DNA of 64,000 nt, from positions 6,205-70,204 of the IMG/VR virus record IMGVR_UViG_3300036982_000217. One strand, given 5' to 3'. Shown here one piece after another: positions 37,070-46,812 of the stretch. This DNA comes from a virus (Duplodnaviria > Caudoviricetes). Position 1 is the stretch's first letter; each line of letters starts with the position of its first letter. Below the pieces are notes generated by a model, which saw only the letters and a program-made list of their open reading frames with translations, was not told where the DNA came from and did not search any database. A program made the position numbers and the translations under genes.

Positions 37070-40000
37070 TGAAGAAGTCTTTTAAGAAATATGAAAAAGC
37101 TGGATTACCTGGTGGTCCAAATGAATTAAAAAGATTTACTCAAGGCTTTATAATGTCTGAGAGAGGACAATGGGATTACCCAGGTCTTCCTACAGCAGTA
37201 CCAACACCTACTGGAAGAATAACTATGAAAGGAGTAGAAGATGATCTAGTAGGTATAGATAATCTGGGTAACATGCAATACATGACTCCTGGTAATGAAT
37301 ATCAGTTTGAGGGAGATATGGTATATGAAATACCACAAGCTAAGAAAGGTGGCAGTAAAAAATATCCTAAAAAATATTCTAGGAGTTTAATGGCTAGGAA
37401 TGTATTATTTACAAAAAACCCGTTATTTAAAAAATCAAAATCTGTAAAGAATAAAATCTTTGATCCTAACTCTCCATACTTTGCAGTAGGAGGTGAGATA
37501 GTTTCATTTGATTTTGATGACACACTTAGCACAGAACCTGGTTTAGAAATGGCACAATCAATGCCAAATGAAAAGTATATTATATCTGCTAGAGCTGAAG
37601 TAACACCAGATATGATAGAGAGAGCAAGAGCTGCGGGAATATCTGAAGACAAAATATTTGCAACAGGATCAGATAAAGCTAAGATAGCTAAAATAAAAGA
37701 GCTTGGAATAAATAAGCATATTGACAATAAACAATCTGTTGTTAGTAAATTAGGGAATATAGGACAAATATTTCAAGAAGGTGGAGAATTACTAGAAGCA
37801 AGTTATGGACATTCTGTAGGTAATCTTATAAGAAAACAACCAGGTGGGGAAACTGATGCCATGAATGCAATGATGAAAGCAAGACTTGCATATGCAAATG
37901 AGTTTGGTAATCCTGCTGCACAAAGAATGATAGTTGCTCCAGATAATCCATATGATTTTGGAAATGGTATGACAGGTACACATTATATGGCAAGTATGGA
38001 TAACTATGCTGTACCACAAATTCAAGATGAAAATGGGCAATTAGTTCTTGGTGATTATGGCCCAGAATCTAATGAAGCAATAAGATTTGATAGACCAGAA
38101 GATGCAGAATACTTTGCAAAAAATTATAAAAATATATCTCCTGGGTTTATTGAACTAGAACTTGATGATGATCAAATAGAAGAGTACAAAAAAGGCGGAT
38201 ACATAGTAGAAGATATTTCTGTACCAAGTTTAACAAAAGCAAAAAATGGTAAACAAACAACAGGAATAGATCCGGCCTTCCAAGCAAAAGCACAACAAGT
38301 TGCTAATAATCTTGGAGTGTCATTAGATGATTTAATTGGTATTATGAATCATGAATCTGGATTAAATCCAGGAGCAGTTAATCCTTACACAAATGCAACA
38401 GGCTTAATTCAGTTTATGCCAAACACTGCAAGAAATATGGGCACTAGTGTAGAGGCTTTAAAAAACATGTCTGCCATTGATCAGTTAGATTATGTAGAAA
38501 GATTTTATAAACCAATAGCAGGTAAGGCAAAAGACATTGGTGATTTATACATGTTTACATTTCTCCCAGCTGCAATTGGTAAGCCAGATAATTTTGTAAT
38601 AGGTGCTAGTGGAAGTACCAATAAAATATTTGGAATAAATCAAAATGCTTTATACAAACAAAATAAAACTTTTGATGCAGATAAAAAAGGCTACTATACA
38701 GTAGGAGATGTTAAAAAAAGAATATCTAACTTTTCTGGTAGACCTCTTGCAGGATCTTTAGATCAATCAATACCTGGATTTGAATCAAGTATGACAAGAA
38801 CACCTGGTGAAAAAACAGTTGTAAAAACAACAATCATCAAAGACATGCAAAATGATGATTGGAAACCAGGAAAAGAAGAAGAACAAGTAGATCCAAGAAT
38901 TGAACAATTAAAAGCTTTTACTAAAATAATTGAGCCCAGTCTTCAGAACATAAATACTATTTATTCTGCAGCAATGCAACAAAAAAGATTTGGTGGTAAT
39001 ACAAGAATGTTTCAAGATGGGGGTATGTTAATAGATGCTTCTGATGAAGATATAAATAATTATACCAATAATGGGTACATTGTAGAAGAAGTAGATGATC
39101 TCTTAAATAAACCTGGATATGGTGCTGTTGGTGTTTCTGGTTCATCACCAGTTCCAGAATATAAACAGCCATCTGATGTTACATGGTATGGGTCACCAAG
39201 ACAAACGGTCTCTGCACCAGAAGAAGTTATTTATAGAAGTCCTGTGACAGGAAGAATACAGAGTGGACAATATGATCCAAATGCTAATCAAGAACAACTT
39301 GCTGATGCTGCAACAAATATTAGATATGCTGATGTTGTACAAGGAAGAGCTGAATCAACAACACCCACAGAAGAAATTAAACTATCTGATAAAGCTATTA
39401 AATCAGGAGACTATCTTAAAAGTTTAAAATCTGTAAAACCAATTAAAGGAATAGCAAGACCACAGGGAGAATTTTATACTAAAGAAGAGTATGAAAAATT
39501 TGATAAAGATAAATTAGCTAAGTCTGGATATTATCCTGTACAACTAAAAGATGGAAACTATGAGCTTCTTAAAAAAGAAGACATAGCAGATATGATTATA
39601 GAAAGAGGAATTACTCCACAGCAATTAAGTACAAATTATAAAATTGGAGATAGTAAATCTATTACCAAAGACTTTAAACCTGTATATGACTATGCTCAGC
39701 AATTGCAATCTAATAGAGTAGGTCCTATGATTGATAAATTAATTTATTCTGGAAAATCTGTAGACCAAGCAATAAAAGAATTAGTAGCAAAAGGTGAAGG
39801 TAATTATGAAGGCATAAAACAAAAATATGGTGAATATGCTAATATTATAAAGAAAGATGCTGATAAAATATATGCTGAAAGAATTGAAGTTAATAAGAAA
39901 AAAAAACAAACTGAAGAACAAAGATTAGAAGATGATATATTAATTCAAAAATATCTTAATCAAGATACAAAAGGTTTATCAGAGTCTCAAAGACAAATGT

Positions 40001-42210
40001 TTTTAAATCTTGCATTATCACAAAAAGAAACGATTGATAGATTAAATTCAGAAATTGACCAAGCACAAAGAGAATCTGCAGCAGGTTTTGGTAGTGGTAC
40101 AAGAGATGCTACAGCAACACAAGCATATCAATCAAGCAATCCATATTCAGAAGCAGCTGCAACAAGACAAAGAGCAGAACAAGAAAAAGCAAATACTGCA
40201 TATGCAGCAGATGTTGCAAAATATGTAATAACAGATCCAAAACTTACTGAAGAAGAAAGAAGAAATATTTTATCAGATCCTAATAAGTTTAATGAAGCAG
40301 CAAAAGCCTATAATGAGTTTCAAAATAAAGAATTAGAAAAACAGTTTGAAACTGATCAAATATTAGCTGGAAGATATAAACCTCAGTATCAATCTGGTGT
40401 AGCATCTATGATATATCCAGAATGGTTAGCTATGGGTCCTGGAGGCGGTGCTGCAGGAAAAGCTATTACATCTGGATTAGATTTTTTAGGAACAACTTTT
40501 GCTAAATCTATTCCTGGATTAGCAAGTATACCGGGAGCAACAATAGGTAATTTATTAGGAGCAGGATTTGCTGCAGATGCTTTAGTAAATAGACTTCCAC
40601 AGATTCCTGGACAGTTACAACGTGGAGAATATGCAGAAGCTGCAACTAATGCATTAACTGGTGCATTAGATGTTGGAACAGCAGGATTAATAAGCCCCCT
40701 ATATAAGGGAGTAAGAAGTACAGCATCTGAGCTTGGAAAATTTTTAGGTACAGAAGAAGGATTATTATCTAATGTATATAAGTTAAATCCTAAAGCTTTA
40801 AAAGAAAGTTCATTTCATTTTGGAAATTTAAAAAATATTCTACCTTCATCAAATCCAGAATTTATACAAAGAGGTCTTGCAACTGAAGATGCAGTAAATG
40901 ATTTATTAAATACTGGAATTGTAAGAAATAGATATTCTGCAGGATTACCTTCTAAAGGAAGATGGCGTGAAAAAGTGTATTGGGGTGAAGAGGGAGATCC
41001 AATGACATACAATCAGTTTATTATTATTGCAAAAAACAAAAAAGGATTATCAAATAGACCAGTTATTGCAGATGATATTGTAGACATACAAGTAAGGCAA
41101 TCAAATGGAACATATTCTTCTTTACCTGATTGGAAAAATAAAATAAATAAGCCCAACTGGTTAACAGGATATAAACCTATAAATACACCTGAACAACTAC
41201 CTAGTTCTAGTAATGCTCTTAATCAACAATCTAATGCATATAATTTTCGTATTCCTGAGTCAATAAAAAAATTATTTAGAATAAAATCAAAAGAACCAGT
41301 AAAGCCTGAAGACAAACTTCACGTGTATGAAGGTAATTCTTATGTGGAGGAATTACCTAAAAATTATATAACACAAAAAGACATAGATAATATATATTTT
41401 AAAGAAAAAAATCGGTTAGAATCAGATGAATATTTTAAAAGAAGATCTGCAGCGACAGGTGAGTCTCAAAGTGAAATTATGGCAGATGTAAAGAATATTT
41501 TAGATAAATGGAAAAATATAAAAATAAAATCTGGAAAAGTATCAAAAGGAGAAGCTGTTTATGATCCAGATGAAAATTTAATAACATTAAGTGATGATTT
41601 ATCAAGAGAAGATGCATTATCCTCGTTGGATCATGAAATTAAACATGCTATGTCTCAAACTGCAACAACAAATGATTATACAAATTATCCTGTAACTGAA
41701 ATTGGAAATTCATTAACAAATCTTATAATTCCTAGATTTAATAATTATTTACGTTTACCACAAGAACAACAAGTTAGAAATCTACGTTTGCTTGATTTTA
41801 TAAAAGATAAATATGGGATTCCATTTGGTCAAAATCTATCTATTGAAGATATAAATAGACTTGCTCAAGATATTAATACAAATAATAAGGGAATTTATGC
41901 TGATGAGTTTTCAAAAAAGTATATGGATGTTATAAATCAACTTAGCGGAATGAAGCAAGCTGATCAGAAATTTAGATTTGTACCTGAAAATATATTAAAA
42001 GGAAAAACTCCTTTAAAATTTGAAAGCCAAGGAAATTTGAGAAAAAATCTTGCAGGTATATTAAACAGAACATATGTTATTCCCGCTGCTGCTGTAGTAG
42101 GAGCAGGTGCATTACAACAAGAACAAGATGGTGGAATGATAATGGAACTTTCTGATAAAGAAATAGAAGAATACAAAAAAGGAGGCTGGATAGTAGAGGA
42201 CATTGATTAA
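37069..42210 (+). CDS. multidomain virion cargo protein: HAD phosphatase, lytic transglycosylase and zincin-like metallopeptidase
   Basis: DFDDT at 37510, HES at 38350 with GLIQFMP at 38401, and HEIKH at 41632. Confidence 0.8.
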   Translation: MKKSFKKYEKAGLPGGPNELKRFTQGFIMSERGQWDYPGLPTAVPTPTGRITMKGVEDDLVGIDNLGNMQYMTPGNEYQFEGDMVYEIPQAKKGGSKKYPKKYSRSLMARNVLFTKNPLFKKSKSVKNKIFDPNSPYFAVGGEIVSFDFDDTLSTEPGLEMAQSMPNEKYIISARAEVTPDMIERARAAGISEDKIFATGSDKAKIAKIKELGINKHIDNKQSVVSKLGNIGQIFQEGGELLEASYGHSVGNLIRKQPGGETDAMNAMMKARLAYANEFGNPAAQRMIVAPDNPYDFGNGMTGTHYMASMDNYAVPQIQDENGQLVLGDYGPESNEAIRFDRPEDAEYFAKNYKNISPGFIELELDDDQIEEYKKGGYIVEDISVPSLTKAKNGKQTTGIDPAFQAKAQQVANNLGVSLDDLIGIMNHESGLNPGAVNPYTNATGLIQFMPNTARNMGTSVEALKNMSAIDQLDYVERFYKPIAGKAKDIGDLYMFTFLPAAIGKPDNFVIGASGSTNKIFGINQNALYKQNKTFDADKKGYYTVGDVKKRISNFSGRPLAGSLDQSIPGFESSMTRTPGEKTVVKTTIIKDMQNDDWKPGKEEEQVDPRIEQLKAFTKIIEPSLQNINTIYSAAMQQKRFGGNTRMFQDGGMLIDASDEDINNYTNNGYIVEEVDDLLNKPGYGAVGVSGSSPVPEYKQPSDVTWYGSPRQTVSAPEEVIYRSPVTGRIQSGQYDPNANQEQLADAATNIRYADVVQGRAESTTPTEEIKLSDKAIKSGDYLKSLKSVKPIKGIARPQGEFYTKEEYEKFDKDKLAKSGYYPVQLKDGNYELLKKEDIADMIIERGITPQQLSTNYKIGDSKSITKDFKPVYDYAQQLQSNRVGPMIDKLIYSGKSVDQAIKELVAKGEGNYEGIKQKYGEYANIIKKDADKIYAERIEVNKKKKQTEEQRLEDDILIQKYLNQDTKGLSESQRQMFLNLALSQKETIDRLNSEIDQAQRESAAGFGSGTRDATATQAYQSSNPYSEAAATRQRAEQEKANTAYAADVAKYVITDPKLTEEERRNILSDPNKFNEAAKAYNEFQNKELEKQFETDQILAGRYKPQYQSGVASMIYPEWLAMGPGGGAAGKAITSGLDFLGTTFAKSIPGLASIPGATIGNLLGAGFAADALVNRLPQIPGQLQRGEYAEAATNALTGALDVGTAGLISPLYKGVRSTASELGKFLGTEEGLLSNVYKLNPKALKESSFHFGNLKNILPSSNPEFIQRGLATEDAVNDLLNTGIVRNRYSAGLPSKGRWREKVYWGEEGDPMTYNQFIIIAKNKKGLSNRPVIADDIVDIQVRQSNGTYSSLPDWKNKINKPNWLTGYKPINTPEQLPSSSNALNQQSNAYNFRIPESIKKLFRIKSKEPVKPEDKLHVYEGNSYVEELPKNYITQKDIDNIYFKEKNRLESDEYFKRRSAATGESQSEIMADVKNILDKWKNIKIKSGKVSKGEAVYDPDENLITLSDDLSREDALSSLDHEIKHAMSQTATTNDYTNYPVTEIGNSLTNLIIPRFNNYLRLPQEQQVRNLRLLDFIKDKYGIPFGQNLSIEDINRLAQDINTNNKGIYADEFSKKYMDVINQLSGMKQADQKFRFVPENILKGKTPLKFESQGNLRKNLAGILNRTYVIPAAAVVGAGALQQEQDGGMIMELSDKEIEEYKKGGWIVEDID

Positions 42211-42253
42211 ACTTAATAGATTTACTAATTAAATTTATTTTTAGTATATTTAG
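42208..42253 (+). promoter_or_regulatory. palindrome TAAACTTAATAGATTTA, N20, TATATTTAG box
   Basis: Same layout as 49336-49382. Confidence 0.6.
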
Positions 42254-42269
42254 TAATATATAGTGTATA

Positions 42270-45200
42270 ATGGCAAAAAGAAAAGTAATAGTTTATAAAG
42301 ATCCTTATGGTAAAGGAGGCTATATAAATAAAACCGCTAAATGGTTAAATAAAGCACAGATGGGTGCAGAGTCTGGAGTTAGTCCTGTAACTGCCGGGAT
42401 CATGCAGCAGATGCAAAGTATGCAACCACAACAACAGCAACAACAACAAGTTAATTTTGAAGATATCATAGTTAAAGATATTGTAGAAATGATTTCTAGA
42501 GGTGGTGGAAGTGAAGATGTTAAAGAAGCTGTGTATGCTAAATATGCACCATATGAAGAGAGCTATCCTGAACTTTCAAGAATACTACCAAATTTAAATC
42601 AACTTGTAGAGGGTGTATTTGCACACCTAGGTGAGGAAGCAAGAGAACAACAAAATGAAAGACTTGAAATAACAGAAGAAACAACTGTTGAAAATCCAGA
42701 GCAAGAAGAAGAGCCAGATGATAATTCTGCAAGTTATTATAATGAATTAGCAGAATCAGATAATGATGCTAACTACATGGATTATACTAATAATAATTCT
42801 AGGTCTAGTATAGTAAATGATATGGAGTTTAATGCTCTTGATGATGATGAAGATGTAGAAGAAACACAATCACAACAATATATACAACCACAACAAGAAG
42901 GAGTAGAAGCTGATTATGGAAGTGCTGATGATGTTAGAAATAACTGGGCATATAAACAAACAGGAGGAGCAGTTCCTAACAAAAGATCATTTGTAAATAA
43001 AATGGTTAGACAGCTTAAAAAAGCTCAGGATGGACAACAAACTCCTGCTTCTGGAACTGAAACAAAAGATGCTAACACAGCTAATGTAAAAGGTACTGAA
43101 AACAATCCTACTCAACCAGTATCTACAACAACTAATAATACTTTTGTTGGAGCTATAAGAAATCAAGCACAAGATAATTATTACAGACAACAAGCAGAAC
43201 AGATGTACAGAAATATGTACATGAATCAGAGACCTGGATTATTTGGTGGTGGTAGAATGGCAAGAGCAAATAGAAGAATGTTTGGTGTACCATTTACTCC
43301 TCCAGGAGTAACTTCTGCAAAATATAACTTTGGATTATTTGGTGGACTAAGAAATGCAGACATACAGTTTAATCCACTTATCTTAATGTCAATGTTTCCA
43401 TCAATGTCTTTTCCTGGGATGTATGGTGTTAATCAGTCAGGTAAGGTTGTAACTCCCGGAAGACTTGTTACTGAAACAATAGCACAAGAAGTAAATAATA
43501 AATCTACAGAAGAAGTAGCAAAAGCTACAGGATCAGAAGCTGCAGCAAAAGCAGCTGATAAATCAAATACTCCATCTGCTACTACAACCTCTGGAAAAAC
43601 TACTGGAACAACAAAGGGATTAGGTATTTCAACAAAAACAGCACCTTCTAATAAGTCACGTTGGCCACAATTAACTCCAAGTTCTATTACTCAATTTAAT
43701 AGTCCTGTCACACCAGTAATAACTCCAACACCAAAACCAGTTCCTAAAAGTACTGGTAAAGTTGATATGTCAGGAATAACAACTGTTACTCCAAAGGTAA
43801 CTCCTAAACCAGCACTTATACCACCTCCAAAATTCCCAGATAAGGGAGGTTTGGGTTTTTGGGATGAGATGAGAAAGTATGCTGATATGGGAGACTTTCA
43901 AGTTGGTGGTTTTGTAGATCCTAATAGACCTGACTTAACAAAATTTGTATATGGTAATGAAGTAGATAATATGTTTTTATCAGACATATTACAACCACCA
44001 GTAAATCAATCTGACTTAGATTATACAGACTCTAAAGATGTAACAGATCCATATTTTAGAGATGGTGGCTTATATAGGTTTGATGGAACTGGTAACAGTG
44101 AAGTAGATAAATCTAATACTTTTAAACCTATTACTACTAAAGAAGAGTATGATAAAGCAATAGCAGAAGAAAAAAAGAAAATAGAAGAAGCTACACAAAA
44201 GAAATACAATACACAAACTCAAACACAACAACAACAATATTATCCTGGTGGTTTTGGTTCTGCTGGACCTTGGCAACCAGTATGGGGATATCCTCAATTT
44301 GGCGGTAATCCATATGCAGGATCTTTTGGTGGAAGAGGAATGTTTCAAACTGCTGCTAATCTATACAGACCATTTACTAGAGGGGCTTCTACATTTTCAC
44401 CAGTAGGTGATCCATTGCAATATGCTGCAACAGCTGCAGCAATTACCAAAGCTGGAATGCTTCCTACCGGTACAAAATATAGTAAAGAAAGAAAACAAGA
44501 TGGTAATTGGTTTGAAAGAAACTTAGGTTTTAATAAAGATAGAATTACAACTATAGATTATGCTACTCCAGGACAAATAGCTGCAGGTTTGCCCGCACTA
44601 TCTGGTATAGCAGCAGGAACAACAGGTCAACAAGATAATAGAGGTTATAAATATAAAGGAATGGGTCTCACAGGTTTAAGACTTGGAGCTAATGATCTTA
44701 TCCAAAGAATAAAATATGGAAAGCCTTTAGAAGATGATAGACCATATACACAACAGTCAACTACTCCAGCATCAAATTTTAGAGTAGAAAGTCCATATAC
44801 ACCTGTCTCAAGTATGACAAGTACTCAAGGTGCAGATGTAGTTACTGGAACTCCTGGAACACCTGTAAATATAAATTCAAATAGTGCATTAAATACAACC
44901 CCAGGTACTGCACCTTCCAGGCCTACAGCAGGTACACCAAAAACTATTCAACAAATTAAAGATGATGCATATGAAAATAAAAAATTATCTTCAAATGATA
45001 TTACTAGTCTTGAAAAAGAATATGGTGATTTAGGTCCAGATTCAGATATTGTAGCAGAATCTTTTGAAAATTATGATGAATTTAAAAAATTTATGGATTC
45101 AGGTCCTACACAATCTCAACTTGATGATAAAATAAGGCAAGGTTATAAAGTTAGAAATAGAAGAATAGGAGAATTCTACGGAGAAGATGATAGAGGTTAT

Positions 45201-46811
45201 AAAATATATAAAGATGATTTAGATTATTTTGATAAAGAAACACAAGATGTAATAAATCAAACAAGAATGCAATTCAACCCAATGGGATTGGGTGCAAGTC
45301 CAAGAGAAGTACCTGCTATGCCATCAGTAGGTGTACCAACAACTCCTGCTGCAGTTCAAGCACAACAAACAGCTGCTGCAGCACAAAATATTACACCACA
45401 AAGAACTGCAAATATTTATGACAATCCTACTACAAGTAGAAAAGGAAATTTTACTGTAATTAATGCTGCGGGAGAACCTGTTAATATAGAGGATGCAGAC
45501 TACTATGATGAGGAAGAAATGGTTGCTCCACAACAAAATAATAGTGTAGACAATAATGTAGATGCTTATGAAACAGAAAGCTTTTCTCCTAATCCATATG
45601 ATAGGAGTATGCAGCCATTTAATCCAGATTATGAGCAACCTACAGAATATGAATTTGGTGTAAATCCAACTACAGGTTCAGGACCCAATGATATGTTTAC
45701 TTCAGAGGCAAATCCTTTATATGCTGAATACAATCCTGATGTAGATTTTAATGATGAAGAAGAAATATTTCAAACTAAACCTGCATCTAACAAACCTACA
45801 GCCAAACCTACAGCTAAATCTGCAGCCCCTGTTAAAAAGAAAGATAGTTGGAAATATGGTAACTATGGTAGTAAAATAGCTGAAAACTATAATAATCCTA
45901 AATATATAAATAAGTTAGCTAGTACTTTTAAGATGGAATGGAATATGAATATTCCACAAGAAATTGTAAAAAAAGGTGATGCAGAAATTGCAAGATGGTA
46001 TAAACAAAATAATTATTATAATAATATAGAAAGAGCAAACCAAGCAAGAAATAATGCTTTATGGAAAATTCAAAATAATCCGAATTTAACCACAAAAAAA
46101 AGAGAAGAAGCAGAATCTGGGCTTTGGTCATTATATTATACCACAGCTAAAAATATTGAAAATGAATTTAATAAAAAAGCAAGTTGGAAAACAACATCCA
46201 GAATATATGATGCCTCTGGTAAACCAGCATATCAAAAATATGGTGGGATTCCTAGAGCTGATCTTGGAATAAATTTTTCTCCAGTATCATATCCTGCAAA
46301 TAGTATAGTACAACCTGGTGGTATTGGTCAGGGTAAAATAGGTCCATGTACAGAAGCTGAAGTAAAAGATCCTAATAGTCCATGTTATGATCCAATGTAT
46401 GCTGGCCAAGGTCCGCGTGTAATGGAAGAACCACTAGATCAAGCTCAATTAAGATTAAAAGAAAATAGAACTGGTACTATTAACTATGATAATATTTCAA
46501 GAGGATTAATGGATGCTGGTGCTACTCTTGCTGATATAAAGGATTATAGAAATGAAAGATTGAATAGATATATTCCACAAATGACAGATCTAGCAAGAGG
46601 AGAAAGATCATTAGCTTATCAGGATTATAATCCTGGAGGATATGATCCTAGAACAGGTAGAGATGTTTACCAACAAGGCTTTGAAGGAGTAATAGGTAAA
46701 AAAGGTGGATCTATTAAGAATAAAAAAACCAAAGCACCAACTGGTGGTCACAAAATAGATATTAGTGACTTTCAAAATTTAATAAAACTAGCTGGTTTAA
46801 ATAAAAAATAA
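42270..46811 (+). CDS. large low-complexity virion cargo protein
   Basis: 1513 aa with Q-, D/E- and T/P-rich tracts separated by xxGG motifs. Confidence 0.6.
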   Translation: MAKRKVIVYKDPYGKGGYINKTAKWLNKAQMGAESGVSPVTAGIMQQMQSMQPQQQQQQQVNFEDIIVKDIVEMISRGGGSEDVKEAVYAKYAPYEESYPELSRILPNLNQLVEGVFAHLGEEAREQQNERLEITEETTVENPEQEEEPDDNSASYYNELAESDNDANYMDYTNNNSRSSIVNDMEFNALDDDEDVEETQSQQYIQPQQEGVEADYGSADDVRNNWAYKQTGGAVPNKRSFVNKMVRQLKKAQDGQQTPASGTETKDANTANVKGTENNPTQPVSTTTNNTFVGAIRNQAQDNYYRQQAEQMYRNMYMNQRPGLFGGGRMARANRRMFGVPFTPPGVTSAKYNFGLFGGLRNADIQFNPLILMSMFPSMSFPGMYGVNQSGKVVTPGRLVTETIAQEVNNKSTEEVAKATGSEAAAKAADKSNTPSATTTSGKTTGTTKGLGISTKTAPSNKSRWPQLTPSSITQFNSPVTPVITPTPKPVPKSTGKVDMSGITTVTPKVTPKPALIPPPKFPDKGGLGFWDEMRKYADMGDFQVGGFVDPNRPDLTKFVYGNEVDNMFLSDILQPPVNQSDLDYTDSKDVTDPYFRDGGLYRFDGTGNSEVDKSNTFKPITTKEEYDKAIAEEKKKIEEATQKKYNTQTQTQQQQYYPGGFGSAGPWQPVWGYPQFGGNPYAGSFGGRGMFQTAANLYRPFTRGASTFSPVGDPLQYAATAAAITKAGMLPTGTKYSKERKQDGNWFERNLGFNKDRITTIDYATPGQIAAGLPALSGIAAGTTGQQDNRGYKYKGMGLTGLRLGANDLIQRIKYGKPLEDDRPYTQQSTTPASNFRVESPYTPVSSMTSTQGADVVTGTPGTPVNINSNSALNTTPGTAPSRPTAGTPKTIQQIKDDAYENKKLSSNDITSLEKEYGDLGPDSDIVAESFENYDEFKKFMDSGPTQSQLDDKIRQGYKVRNRRIGEFYGEDDRGYKIYKDDLDYFDKETQDVINQTRMQFNPMGLGASPREVPAMPSVGVPTTPAAVQAQQTAAAAQNITPQRTANIYDNPTTSRKGNFTVINAAGEPVNIEDADYYDEEEMVAPQQNNSVDNNVDAYETESFSPNPYDRSMQPFNPDYEQPTEYEFGVNPTTGSGPNDMFTSEANPLYAEYNPDVDFNDEEEIFQTKPASNKPTAKPTAKSAAPVKKKDSWKYGNYGSKIAENYNNPKYINKLASTFKMEWNMNIPQEIVKKGDAEIARWYKQNNYYNNIERANQARNNALWKIQNNPNLTTKKREEAESGLWSLYYTTAKNIENEFNKKASWKTTSRIYDASGKPAYQKYGGIPRADLGINFSPVSYPANSIVQPGGIGQGKIGPCTEAEVKDPNSPCYDPMYAGQGPRVMEEPLDQAQLRLKENRTGTINYDNISRGLMDAGATLADIKDYRNERLNRYIPQMTDLARGERSLAYQDYNPGGYDPRTGRDVYQQGFEGVIGKKGGSIKNKKTKAPTGGHKIDISDFQNLIKLAGLNKK

Positions 46812-46812
46812 G

